Positions 9,302-18,476 of a stretch of DNA of 64,000 nucleotides are shown piece by piece. The position numbers and the translations under genes are program-made. This stretch comes from Candidatus Pacearchaeota archaeon (lineage in GTDB: Archaea; Nanobdellota; Nanobdellia; Pacearchaeales; GW2011-AR1). Each line of letters opens with the position of its first letter. Position 1 is the first letter of the stretch. The notes under the pieces were generated by a model. The model ran no database searches, had not been told where the DNA came from, and saw nothing but the letters and a program-made list of their open reading frames with translations. The stretch covers positions 288,115-352,114 of the forward strand of contig JBAZNI010000001.1 in NCBI GenBank assembly GCA_041649295.1, written 5' to 3'.

Positions 9302-9505
9302 ATGAATCCGGTGTTAAAAAATATAATAATAACTATTATAATTTTAGTGATTATTCTTTGTGCAACAATGCTTATAAGAGTTTTAGTTGGAGGCGATGAA
9401 GACACATGGATATGTTCTGCTGGTGAGTGGGTTAAGCACGGGAATCCAAGTGTCGCTATGCCTTCAGAAACATGCTATGCTCCTAGAATGAATAGTTTTT
9501 TATAG
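9302..9505 (+). CDS. Small membrane protein
   Basis: 67 aa with one TM helix, in the same orientation as its neighbours. Confidence 0.4.
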   Translation: MNPVLKNIIITIIILVIILCATMLIRVLVGGDEDTWICSAGEWVKHGNPSVAMPSETCYAPRMNSFL

Positions 9506-9541
9506 TATATTATCTTGAAAAAGATGTAAAGGAGGGTAAAA

Positions 9542-10174
9542 ATGTATAAGAAAATTTTTAGTGTTTTTGTGTTTATAATAGTCTTTTCTATGAGTTTTGT
9601 ATTTGCTGCTCAAGGAAATGGACAGAGTAATGGGGTTGGTAATGAAGGTGGAACTCAAAATCCAGATGCTGTATATCAACAAACACAAGAACAGAATAGG
9701 GTTCAGATTCAAGACGGGACACATACTAGTGAAAGTGGACAAATGCTTGAAATACAAACTCAAGAAAACAATAGAGTAAGACTTAAAGTTGGAGGTGTTT
9801 CTACAGAATGTGCCTGCGAGATGAAACAAGAAAAAGTTCAGAATATGACAAAATTGTATGTAGGGCTTTCAAATGGAAAAAATGCAGAAATTAAAGTAAT
9901 GCCAGATGTTGCTGCTGAAAGAGCTTTAGAAAGATTGAGATTAAAAGTGTGTTCTGAAGAAAATAATTGCACTATTGAACTTAAGGAAGTGGGAAATATC
10001 GACGAAGAAAAACAGCTTGCCTATGAAATTCAAATGCAAAGGCATTCAAAAATACTTGGTATTTTTCAAAAGAAGATGCAAGTAAGAGCAGAAGTTAGTG
10101 CCGAAAATGGCGAAGTTATAAATGTTAAGAAACCATGGTGGGCATTTATCGCGAGCGAACCAGCTGAAGAGTAG
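9542..10174 (+). CDS. Secreted hypothetical protein
   Basis: Signal-peptide-like N-terminus (FSVFVFIIVFSMSFVFA). GGAGGG lies upstream. Confidence 0.55.
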   Translation: MYKKIFSVFVFIIVFSMSFVFAAQGNGQSNGVGNEGGTQNPDAVYQQTQEQNRVQIQDGTHTSESGQMLEIQTQENNRVRLKVGGVSTECACEMKQEKVQNMTKLYVGLSNGKNAEIKVMPDVAAERALERLRLKVCSEENNCTIELKEVGNIDEEKQLAYEIQMQRHSKILGIFQKKMQVRAEVSAENGEVINVKKPWWAFIASEPAEE

Positions 10175-10244
10175 TTTTATTTGTTTTTATTCTTTTGTTC
10201 TTTTTTAGTTCTTTTTTGTTAATAGCAAGGTTTAAAAAGTACTG

Positions 10245-10472
10245 ATGACGAGTAGTAAAACAATGATAACTGAAACATTAGATAGGGCAGGGAGTATAGT
10301 AGATAATGATAATCTCTTGCATGTATGTGCTTGGTGTGATTCAATAATATATGAAGATGTAGTTGTTGCTAAGTTAACTAAAAACGAGCATGAGATATTA
10401 CATAACGACTCTCTTAGTGGTTATCAAATAGGCCATACAATGTGTAAAGATTGCAGAAATGATTTTAAATAG
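10245..10472 (+). CDS. Small Cys-rich protein (possible zinc binder)
   Basis: Contains CAWCDS ... CKDC pairs; 75 aa. Confidence 0.4.
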   Translation: MTSSKTMITETLDRAGSIVDNDNLLHVCAWCDSIIYEDVVVAKLTKNEHEILHNDSLSGYQIGHTMCKDCRNDFK

Positions 10473-10507
10473 TTAATTTATTAAGTTAAAGGTTTGTTCT
10501 TATATTC

Positions 10508-11296
10508 ATGAAAGAGATAAAAATAGGGTGTTCTGGAATAGGCAATGTTAGTGATGTTGAGGACACTTTTTTCAAGTTTAAAGAAGCAGGAATTTCTGCT
10601 GCTGAAATTCCATTTACTTATGGGATATTTATTAAGAAGAAAGAGGATATTGAGAAAGTGAGAAAAGCTAGTGAGAAATTTGGTGTAGCATTATCAATTC
10701 ACGCTCCTTATTGGATAAATCTTAATTCTGCTGAAAAGATAAAAATAGAGGGCAGTAAGAAAAGGATTTTAGACTGCTGTGAAATTGGAGAAAAATTAGG
10801 TGTAAAATTTGTTGTTTTTCATGCGGGGTTTTACGGTAAAATTAGTAAAGAAGAAACCTATGAAAACATTAAAAATCAAATAATAGAGATGCAGGGAGTT
10901 ATTAAGAAAAATAACTGGAAAGTTAAACTTGCTCCTGAAACAATGGGAAAGATTAATGTTTTTGGAAGTGTTAGCGAGATACTTAAATTAGTTAAAGATA
11001 CTAAATGCTCTTTCACTCTTGACTTTGCACATTTATACGCACGTTCACTCGGAACTCTTTCATATAAAGAAATGCTAAGTGAGTTTAATGAAATAGATAA
11101 ATTCCATTGCCATTTTTCTGGGATTGAGTTTGGGGACAAAGGAGAGAAAAATCACAAACTAACTTCTGAGCAAGAATGGACAAAACTCCTTAAAGTATTA
11201 AAAGAATCTGGCAAAGAGTTTACAATAATTAATGAATCTCCTTCTCCAGTAGAAGATGCTTTGTTAGGTGTGGAAGTGTTGAGGGGGCTGGGATAA
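10508..11296 (+). CDS. Endonuclease IV-like / xylose-isomerase-like TIM-barrel protein
   Basis: Motifs HAPYWINL, VVFHAG, APETMG and LDFAHLYA follow the Nfo-like metal-ligand order. Confidence 0.6.
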   Translation: MKEIKIGCSGIGNVSDVEDTFFKFKEAGISAAEIPFTYGIFIKKKEDIEKVRKASEKFGVALSIHAPYWINLNSAEKIKIEGSKKRILDCCEIGEKLGVKFVVFHAGFYGKISKEETYENIKNQIIEMQGVIKKNNWKVKLAPETMGKINVFGSVSEILKLVKDTKCSFTLDFAHLYARSLGTLSYKEMLSEFNEIDKFHCHFSGIEFGDKGEKNHKLTSEQEWTKLLKVLKESGKEFTIINESPSPVEDALLGVEVLRGLG

Positions 11297-11340
11297 TGTG
11301 AAGAAAAGCTTATATTTGTATTAATTAACAGATATATTGT

Positions 11341-11411
11341 AGAAAAGTATGCTTCTAATATTAACTAAGAGCGGAGTGTATTCTTTATATTAAATAAAAG
11401 CATTTTTAAAT
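11341..11411. repeat. Mosaic repeat fragment (AGAAAAGTATGCTTCTAATATTAACTAAGAGCGGAGTG ... AATAAAAGCATTTTTAAAT)
   Basis: The head matches 25869-25894. The Y-like core matches 7087-7110 and the tail matches 8734-8752. Confidence 0.6.
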
Positions 11412-11451
11412 AACGTGTCAAAAGAATTAAATAAAGATTTATTTAGGGTTT

Positions 11452-12216
11452 TTAGTATTTTCTTTCTTTTCGATTTCTTCTTATCTCTTTTGTTTGAGGA
11501 TCTCTTACCATCTCATCTTCAAATCCTCTAGCTAAAAGTTCTTCATAAGCTTCCCAAATTCCGTGTGAAAATAAATCAGGTTGAAAAACCATATCTCCTT
11601 TTTCACCATAAATTCCGCATCTTTGATAATTTGCAACAAGAGTTGTTACAATATCTCTTTGATCAAAACATTTTGAAAAACCTGTTTTATGATAAGTTCT
11701 CATTGGAACTCTTGGGGAAGTGACTGTTATATTAACTTCGGGCCATGCAGCTAGACAAGAATATTTGTCTCTTCTTTCTGCACTAGGCATGTGAACAGAT
11801 ATTATTGAGTTAACATCAAGTCCAAGTTTTTGAACCATTCTTTTAGAATGTTCATAATTTGCTTTTGTATGTGTTGAGTTAGGTTCAATTAAAATTTTTT
11901 CTCTTGGGACACCCATTTTAACTGCAACATCTGCGAGCATTTCAGATTCATTAGCATATTGTGTTGAACCATCTATTCTATCCCAGAATCTTCCCCCCTT
12001 TCCTCCGCCAGTAAACATTAAGTATGGCAGTCTGCTCCATCCATTTAAAAAAAGTCTAGCTCCTTCTTCTGCAGGCAAAGTATCAATAGAACCAAGAACC
12101 AAAATCAAATCAGCGGGTTTTAATCTTTCATTTAACTGAAAATAATCCCATAATCCTTGTGCAATATCTAAATCATCTTCTGTTGGTTGCACTCTAATCC
12201 CGCTTTGATTTATCAT
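11452..12216 (-). CDS. DUF218/YdcF-like protein
   Basis: ADLILVLGS..LPAEEGARL..FTGGGKGG..ESEMLADVAVKMGVP..ILIEPNSTHT. Paralog of 56776-57534. Confidence 0.65.
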   Translation of the reverse strand: MINQSGIRVQPTEDDLDIAQGLWDYFQLNERLKPADLILVLGSIDTLPAEEGARLFLNGWSRLPYLMFTGGGKGGRFWDRIDGSTQYANESEMLADVAVKMGVPREKILIEPNSTHTKANYEHSKRMVQKLGLDVNSIISVHMPSAERRDKYSCLAAWPEVNITVTSPRVPMRTYHKTGFSKCFDQRDIVTTLVANYQRCGIYGEKGDMVFQPDLFSHGIWEAYEELLARGFEDEMVRDPQTKEIRRNRKERKY

Positions 12217-12346
12217 TATACTCTCTCATTAAAATTATTTATAAAGATTTATGCATAGTTATATATAATATTATATTATGATAAAATGCCTGTTCTTATA
12301 ATGAATAAGAAGCATGTTTTTACCTTAACTAAGATATATCTCGGAA

Positions 12347-12763
12347 TTAACTCTTTATCCCTTTCTTCAAACTAATTAATAAATGCTGATTTAAGATTGG
12401 CTGGGCGTTTTTTATTTTGTCCTGAATTGGTTTTTTATTTTTTAGCGATTTTTCAAGAAGTTTTATCGGAACAATACTAATTTTGTATCTGCCTTTTTCA
12501 ATTAAACTTTCAGTAGATGATGAAACTGCCAAAACTTCAACTTTTTTGTTTCCAGATGTTATTAAATAAACACCAATTATATCTTCTATTGCAGGTTCAA
12601 GCATTAAAAGAACATCTTTTTTTATATTAAATGGGCGATTTATAACTGTTACAATAACATCAGAACCTAACAATGTTTTTGGAAGTAAAACACCGGAGCT
12701 GTTCCCGACTTTAATTGTCTTTCTAAAGAATCTTTGTTTTATAGGTTTTTTTAGCTGTTCCAT
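12347..12763 (-). CDS. AbrB/SpoVT-like domain protein
   Basis: The IKVGNSSGVLLPKTLLG motif lies near the N-terminus. Confidence 0.4.
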   Translation of the reverse strand: MEQLKKPIKQRFFRKTIKVGNSSGVLLPKTLLGSDVIVTVINRPFNIKKDVLLMLEPAIEDIIGVYLITSGNKKVEVLAVSSSTESLIEKGRYKISIVPIKLLEKSLKNKKPIQDKIKNAQPILNQHLLISLKKGIKS

Positions 12764-12894
12764 AATGTTATAACAATGTTATAACCATTTATAAGTTTTT
12801 GTGTATTAGTTACTTAATAGAAGTATCAAATTTGTTGTTACCACAAAGTTTATAAAGTGGAAAAAGCTCGGAAAGTTAATCTAAATTTAATAAA

Positions 12895-14115
12895 ATGAGA
12901 CACAAAAAAATGAAATCAAATTTTGTTTTGATTTCTTTGATAGCACTTTTAGCAGTGGTTGCTTTAGCAAGTTCTGTTAGCGCTTCAACTCTCGATATTT
13001 TGGGAGTATCAGTTTGGGCTAATGGATTAAATGCTGGAGCAGGAGATGTTGCTGTTGAAGCTGATACAAAAGTTCCAATATCAATAAGTTTTCAAGCACT
13101 CGAAGACGCTAGTGATGTGCAAGTTTCAGCTTGGTTCCTTGGTGAAAGAAGCGATGCTGTAGAAAAAGACTTCTCAGACCTAATTGCCTGGAATGTATAT
13201 AAGGTTAAAGGATTGAGCGTTCTTGTTCCTGCAGACATTGAACCTGAAGAAGAATTAACACTTTATGTGAGAATTGAATCTGACGCTGGAAATTGGGAAG
13301 AATCTTACACATTACAAGGGCAGAGACAACCTGACAACCTAGATGTATTGCTTGTAGATTTTGATAACAGCGTAAATGCTGGTACAACTCTAGCAGTAGA
13401 TGTAGTTGTTAGAAACCTTGGAAGACAAGATGCTGAGAATACTTTTGTAACAGTTGAAATACCTGAATTAGGTGTTTCAAAAACAGTTTACCTTGAAGAT
13501 TTGTATCCAACAGATGACTGTGATGACGATTGTGAAAAAGAAGATACTAAAGAAGGAAAGCTTTTTGTTACAATCCCATCAGATGCAGAAGCTGGTGTTT
13601 ACGAAGTTCAAGTAACAGCTAAGACTGAAGACACAAAAACTACAGTCACAAAGAACCTTGTTGTAAAAACTGCTGAAGCAGAAGCAAGTGTAGTTTCAAA
13701 CCCTGTAAGCAAAACTTTCTCAGTTGGAGAAACAGTTACATACGACCTTATTTTGGTCAATACAGGAAGCGAAATTGCATTATACAACATAGCTCCTACA
13801 AGTGCTTCAGACGCTCTGACAATTAGTCTAAGCGACTCTGTTGTAGCAGTTCCTGCTGGCTCAAGCAAAACTGTCAAAGTTAGTGTAAAAGCTAACAGAG
13901 AAGGAACATATGGTTTTGAAATCGGCGTTACTTCTGATGGTTTATCGCAAACAGCTAGATACACAGCAACAGTTGAAGGAAGATCTTTAGAAAACAATGT
14001 AGTTGTATTGACAATTGTTCTTGCAATTATATTTGTTATTTTAGTGATAATCCTGATTGTACTGCTTACAAGAAAATCAGAGAAATCTGAAGAATTCACA
14101 GAAAGTTATTATTGA
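12895..14115 (+). CDS. Acidic cell-surface protein with signal peptide and C-terminal TM anchor (S-layer/CARDB-like repeats)
   Basis: Signal peptide ..LASSVSAS, a T/V/E-rich beta-type sequence, and a C-terminal VVVLTIVLAIIFVILVIILIVLL anchor. Confidence 0.6.
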   Translation: MRHKKMKSNFVLISLIALLAVVALASSVSASTLDILGVSVWANGLNAGAGDVAVEADTKVPISISFQALEDASDVQVSAWFLGERSDAVEKDFSDLIAWNVYKVKGLSVLVPADIEPEEELTLYVRIESDAGNWEESYTLQGQRQPDNLDVLLVDFDNSVNAGTTLAVDVVVRNLGRQDAENTFVTVEIPELGVSKTVYLEDLYPTDDCDDDCEKEDTKEGKLFVTIPSDAEAGVYEVQVTAKTEDTKTTVTKNLVVKTAEAEASVVSNPVSKTFSVGETVTYDLILVNTGSEIALYNIAPTSASDALTISLSDSVVAVPAGSSKTVKVSVKANREGTYGFEIGVTSDGLSQTARYTATVEGRSLENNVVVLTIVLAIIFVILVIILIVLLTRKSEKSEEFTESYY

Positions 14116-14240
14116 TTTTTTAATTAACTTTTTTTTCTTTTTCTTTTTTATTTTTTTATTTTATCTTACTCAAGAGAGGTATGCTAAATAACCCAAATCA
14201 AGGTTATTATAACCATAGTAATGGTTATCTTTTAATGTCT

Positions 14241-14777
14241 CTATATTAGATTAAATCTCTTTTTTACTTTCCACTTTCCTTTTGGTTTATATAATAAAGT
14301 AAGGTTATCTAAGCTTAAAGAATATTTTGGTTTTTTCTGTGTTCTTAAATAATTCCAGATAATGTCAAATGTTTCTTTAGTATTACCATAACAAATAGTT
14401 GCATGGGGTTTATGTTTAACATCAAATTCGTGAGGTTTAATCTCTAATTCAGTTTCTAAATCTCTAACAAGTTCTCTTTGTGTTTTTTTAGCTTCTTTGG
14501 AAAAATCAGTTTTCATAAAAGAAACAAATCTCCTAAAATTGCCAAAACCATTAACATCAATCTTTGCTTTTATTCTGTTAGCAGTAAAACCTTTTAAAAA
14601 AGATTCTAATTTCTTATAACTGCTAAATTCAAATGGACTTTTAATAGTTACATGTGAAGGCAACTGACTAACATCAACAACATGCCTTTCGCCAGATATA
14701 TCTGCAGTTTCTTTCATCAACCTTTCATTATATTTTTTAGCTTCTCCACTTAACAAATACACAAGAACGTATTTCAT
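14241..14777 (-). CDS. 2H phosphoesterase (LigT-like)
   Basis: Two HxT/S motifs are present: PSHVTIKSPF and KPHATICYG. Confidence 0.65.
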   Translation of the reverse strand: MKYVLVYLLSGEAKKYNERLMKETADISGERHVVDVSQLPSHVTIKSPFEFSSYKKLESFLKGFTANRIKAKIDVNGFGNFRRFVSFMKTDFSKEAKKTQRELVRDLETELEIKPHEFDVKHKPHATICYGNTKETFDIIWNYLRTQKKPKYSLSLDNLTLLYKPKGKWKVKKRFNLI

Positions 14778-15439
14778 TTTAGCCTCTTCTTCCTCTTAAT
14801 ATCATTTTGTTTCTTTAGCAATTTCCAAAGATTGTCTAGAATTGCTTTTGGAATCTTAACCTTAAACTTAACTTCAAGCTCTTCTAAAAAATATCCTAAA
14901 TCAAGGATGGCTGTCTCTCTTTTAAGCTCTTTTTGAACTTTTGCTTCATTTATTATTAAATCCCAGTTTATTTTTGTATTAGTTATAATACTATTGGCGT
15001 CAATCATATCTTTTGGCCTATTTGTTGCGCATTTCATAACAAAAATATCATGGAAGTCTGCAATTTTAAGCAGAAAGTTGTCTCCAAATTGATGCAGCTG
15101 TTTGGCTCTTTTTCTTATGTTTTCTGAGAAAACAAAGTCTACAACTTCATCAACAAACAAATCAAATCTCTCATCTCCTAATGTCAACATCTCAGGCGTG
15201 TTTTTTCGCTCTCCATACACAACAAAGGAATTCATTTCTTCATAACCAAGAGATTTAAGAACTTCTTTAAAATCTGCCCTGTCTTTCTGAGTTTCAAAAA
15301 CTAAATCTATATCAAATGTAGACTCTTTTAAACCTAAAAATATCATAGCGGTCCCGCCTATAGCATAAACATTTATTTTTCTTTTAAGCCTCTTTCCTAT
15401 TGCAATAAAAAGATTCCTTTGTCTTTCTACCCCTATCAT
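14774..15439 (-). CDS. Nucleotidyltransferase-fold protein (AbiEii/MNT-like minimal NTase)
   Basis: YAIGGTAMIFLGLKESTFDIDLVF (G[GS]..DxD). Overlaps both neighbours by 4 nt. Confidence 0.55.
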   Translation of the reverse strand: MIGVERQRNLFIAIGKRLKRKINVYAIGGTAMIFLGLKESTFDIDLVFETQKDRADFKEVLKSLGYEEMNSFVVYGERKNTPEMLTLGDERFDLFVDEVVDFVFSENIRKRAKQLHQFGDNFLLKIADFHDIFVMKCATNRPKDMIDANSIITNTKINWDLIINEAKVQKELKRETAILDLGYFLEELEVKFKVKIPKAILDNLWKLLKKQNDIKRKKRLK

Positions 15440-16062
15440 TTATGGTCCTCCAAATCTGCATAATTAAACGGAATATGCACCATCCATTTCTTTTCTATTT
15501 CTTTAAAATCTCTTGAGTTAAGTCCTTCAATTATATAAATATATCCTGCGCCTTTCTTCGGCAAAGTTAAATTATTAAATCTCTGGCTCATTTTTCTTGT
15601 TCGCATAATTTTTCTTGATACATCATATAAAGCTCCAACCTGCCTTTGGAGATTTTCTGCTTTTGACAATCTGTACAAAAGAGGCCAGTCATTTATTTTT
15701 TTAAACAAAGCCAAAGATGCTAATATCTTCCTAAAACTTCTGCTCTTTAGCGCAAAAACAAGAACTTCTTCAAGACTAATTTCTTTTCCATATATTCTAT
15801 GTGATTCAGTTTCTCGTATTTTAACAGGAGAGTTTTTATTTAAAATATCTATATAGCTCATACCTCCCAGCCTATTTTCAAATGATATTTCATAAACTCG
15901 TTTATTACTGCTCAGCCTTTTTGTTTTAACATAGCCCTTTTTTCTTAATAAAGATAATAGTTTTACAGCTTTTATTCTATCAATATCTAATAAAGTTATC
16001 ACTGATTCAATTGTCTGCACGCCTTCGATTTTCTCAAGCTTAGATTTTACATCCTTTCTCAT
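15436..16062 (-). CDS. Winged-helix protein, putative cognate regulator/antitoxin of the NTase
   Basis: The segment LLSLLRKKGYVKTKR..RVYEISF is wHTH-like. It is the first gene of a 3-gene overlapping cassette. Confidence 0.4.
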   Translation of the reverse strand: MRKDVKSKLEKIEGVQTIESVITLLDIDRIKAVKLLSLLRKKGYVKTKRLSSNKRVYEISFENRLGGMSYIDILNKNSPVKIRETESHRIYGKEISLEEVLVFALKSRSFRKILASLALFKKINDWPLLYRLSKAENLQRQVGALYDVSRKIMRTRKMSQRFNNLTLPKKGAGYIYIIEGLNSRDFKEIEKKWMVHIPFNYADLEDHK

Positions 16063-16088
16063 AGTGGTATGTAGCTATATGTAATATA

Positions 16089-16158
16089 TAAACCTTTCTA
16101 TTATTTCATTATTTAAGAACATTATTAAATGTACAGCAGGAGATATATAAAGTTAGTT
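16089..16158. repeat. 70-bp direct repeat, left copy
   Basis: TAAACCTTTCTATTATTTCATTATTTAAGAACATTATTAAATGTACAGCAGGAGATATATAAAGTTAGTT. Matches 17679-17748 at 69 of 70 positions. Confidence 0.9.
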
Positions 16159-16911
16159 TAGCCTCTTTTTATTCATTGCTTTTAAATTATTCAAAACATC
16201 TCCTTTAACTTGTTCATATGGCGGAACAACACTAACTAAATTCTTTAAACCCTGCTCGTATTCGGTTTTTTGAGGAATCCTAAGATTTGACAATTTTGAT
16301 TTTTCTTCTTTCAATTTCTCAAGCAAAAGAGGTTTATCGACTTTTACTCCTTTGCTAAAAAGCATCCAAACATCATATAAATCTCTTGGCTCCGCCCGAT
16401 TTATTAGCGCCCTTATTTTTTCAGCCAAAATTTCTTTTTCATCTAATACAAATAAAGTAAATAAAGGGACATCTGAAAATAGTCTTGGGACAACCTTTGC
16501 AATTTTATGTTTAACTCTCCTTTTATTAAAATCTAATTTTAAGGTGTTTGTTGAAGATTGGTTTCCGCTAAAAAGCGGGCCCTTAAATCTAACTTCGATT
16601 CTTAAATTGCCCTTAAACTCTTTTTCTGAATATACTTGAAAATCAATGTTAAGCAGTCTAAAATCTTCGAGGCATTTGTTTACAACTTGTTTTACCCCAA
16701 AAATGGATAAATTTGTGCTGAAATCCAAGTCTTCAGATGCTCTTTCTAATCCAAAACAAATTCTTAAGCATGTTCCTCCTTTAAAGATAAAGTTTTTATA
16801 ATACTTTGACAAAGCATTAAGGAAAATATATTGAATGTATTCTTTTTCTTCATAATATAAATTGGTTTTTCTTATTTCTTTTACTTCACTTAGTTCATCT
16901 AAAGAAATCAT
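16153..16911 (-). CDS. AbiEii/AbiGii-family nucleotidyltransferase toxin
   Basis: FKGGTCLRICFGLERASEDLDFS motif. The start at 16911 gives an ATGA overlap with the upstream gene. Confidence 0.75.
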   Translation of the reverse strand: MISLDELSEVKEIRKTNLYYEEKEYIQYIFLNALSKYYKNFIFKGGTCLRICFGLERASEDLDFSTNLSIFGVKQVVNKCLEDFRLLNIDFQVYSEKEFKGNLRIEVRFKGPLFSGNQSSTNTLKLDFNKRRVKHKIAKVVPRLFSDVPLFTLFVLDEKEILAEKIRALINRAEPRDLYDVWMLFSKGVKVDKPLLLEKLKEEKSKLSNLRIPQKTEYEQGLKNLVSVVPPYEQVKGDVLNNLKAMNKKRLN

Positions 16912-17627
16912 TTTTTCACCTCTATATTTACATCTAAAAGCCATTTATTATTTAAATTATTCCTTCTTCCAAGACTTGGGTCAAGCAACTCATAACCATT
17001 CCCAATATGCTCTTGAATTTTTTTTAAATTTTTATTCTTAAAATCAATACTTTCAAGAATAAATCCCAGCCTTCTCAAAACAGATTTGCTCTCAACTTTA
17101 AATGCATAATCAATCAGTTTTTTAATATCTAATTCACTCCAGCCATTTCTAATTGAAGCAGTTATTTCTTTTATGCCCCCAGAATATTTTGGGAATAAAA
17201 GAGAATCAATAATTGCTTTTTCCCTTTCTGCAATAATAATATTGCCAATTTTTTGATAACCAAAAAACCTTTTTTTAGAGAGGGTTATATACTTAAACTC
17301 TCCAACATCTTTGGTATATTTCGCTGCCGCAAAAAATATTTTTTTAGGGGTCTGGTCGCTAAACCCGTAATAATTTAGGGCAGACCAAAAAGAAACATAA
17401 GATGGCCAGTTAATCCCAGAGCCAACAGCAAAATCGTCTGCATCTTTAAAAAAAAGAAAACCCTTGACCGATTTTATTATATTCTTTTTCTTTAAAGCTT
17501 TGATTAAATTATAAGAATTGATTTTATTAATGCCTAAAATAACCTCCAGATCTTTAGCTTTAAACATCCAAATTTGGTTTTTTCTAAGTGAGGTATATGC
17601 TTTTTCTTCAAGTTTGCTTAATTGCAT
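16908..17627 (-). CDS. AbiEi-like antitoxin/transcriptional regulator
   Basis: N-terminal wHTH, lying immediately upstream of and overlapping the AbiEii gene. Confidence 0.6.
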   Translation of the reverse strand: MQLSKLEEKAYTSLRKNQIWMFKAKDLEVILGINKINSYNLIKALKKKNIIKSVKGFLFFKDADDFAVGSGINWPSYVSFWSALNYYGFSDQTPKKIFFAAAKYTKDVGEFKYITLSKKRFFGYQKIGNIIIAEREKAIIDSLLFPKYSGGIKEITASIRNGWSELDIKKLIDYAFKVESKSVLRRLGFILESIDFKNKNLKKIQEHIGNGYELLDPSLGRRNNLNNKWLLDVNIEVKK

Positions 17628-17678
17628 TTTTCTAAGTTATTAGTAAATTTAATACTAATATTATAGAAAATTACTATT

Positions 17679-17748
17679 TAAACCTTTCTATTATTTCATT
17701 ATTTAAGAACATTATTAAATGTACGGCAGGAGATATATAAAGTTAGTT
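17679..17748. repeat. 70-bp direct repeat, right copy
   Basis: See 16089-16158. The single difference is A16135 versus G17725. Confidence 0.9.
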
Positions 17749-17780
17749 AAAATTAAAAACCCCTGCCTCTTATTTAGATT

Positions 17781-18200
17781 ATGAAAAAGTGGGCTAGGGT
17801 AATTATATCAAATGTTTTTATATTACTTGGTTTGATATTTGTTATATTGTCTCAGAAAGTTGTTATCGGAGCCGTTATTGGACTTGAAAGATTTCACACA
17901 AATATTCTTGGGTTTATTGGCATTGTTTTTATTGGTGTTGGTGTTGGGATGATGTTTGCGAGGAGAAGAGAGGTAAAAACAAAAGACAGGTTAAAAGAGA
18001 TTATTGATAATCGTTCAGTGTTAAGTTATAATGATTTAAAGAAAATTGTTGAAAAGTTAGATTTTGAATTAAAAGAAGGAAGCAGGCATACAGAAGTTTA
18101 CAAAGGAACTCAAAGAGTTACAAGCATACCAAGACATAAAAGAGATCAATCAACTCATACTTACTGGACAATTGTAAAGGAATTATATGCAGCTGCTTAA
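17781..18200 (+). CDS. Membrane-anchored HicA-like protein
   Basis: Two N-terminal TM helices. The C-terminus LSYNDLKKIVEKLDFELKEGSRHTEVYKGTQRVTSIPRHKRDQS..TIVKEL fits the HicA pattern (GSH..vP.H). Confidence 0.55.
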   Translation: MKKWARVIISNVFILLGLIFVILSQKVVIGAVIGLERFHTNILGFIGIVFIGVGVGMMFARRREVKTKDRLKEIIDNRSVLSYNDLKKIVEKLDFELKEGSRHTEVYKGTQRVTSIPRHKRDQSTHTYWTIVKELYAAA

Positions 18201-18475
18201 AGATTGTTAGTATGCTCTCTAAAAAGTTCAGAATATAGTCTATCATGCTTTTCCAAACCTTGTTCATATCTTCTGCATAAAGCAGGGTATTCTGTTCTTA
18301 TTAAATTAACAAATCTAGAGCAATCAACATTTTCTTTATCATCTACATTAATTCCTATTCCTCTTTCTTTTGCACTAGTTAATGCTTCTCTTACAATAAA
18401 CTTTGCATACCTATGCAAACGATTGTGTAATGTCCAAAATTCATCTATTCTATTGCCTATTTCTATTGGGTTCAT
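18197..18475 (-). CDS. Hypothetical protein P6 (92 aa), last gene of the tyrA-linked operon
   Basis: The ATG at 18475 lies 1 nt after the upstream stop (TAAaATG). No family recognised. Confidence 0.5.
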   Translation of the reverse strand: MNPIEIGNRIDEFWTLHNRLHRYAKFIVREALTSAKERGIGINVDDKENVDCSRFVNLIRTEYPALCRRYEQGLEKHDRLYSELFREHTNNL

Positions 18476-18476
18476 T

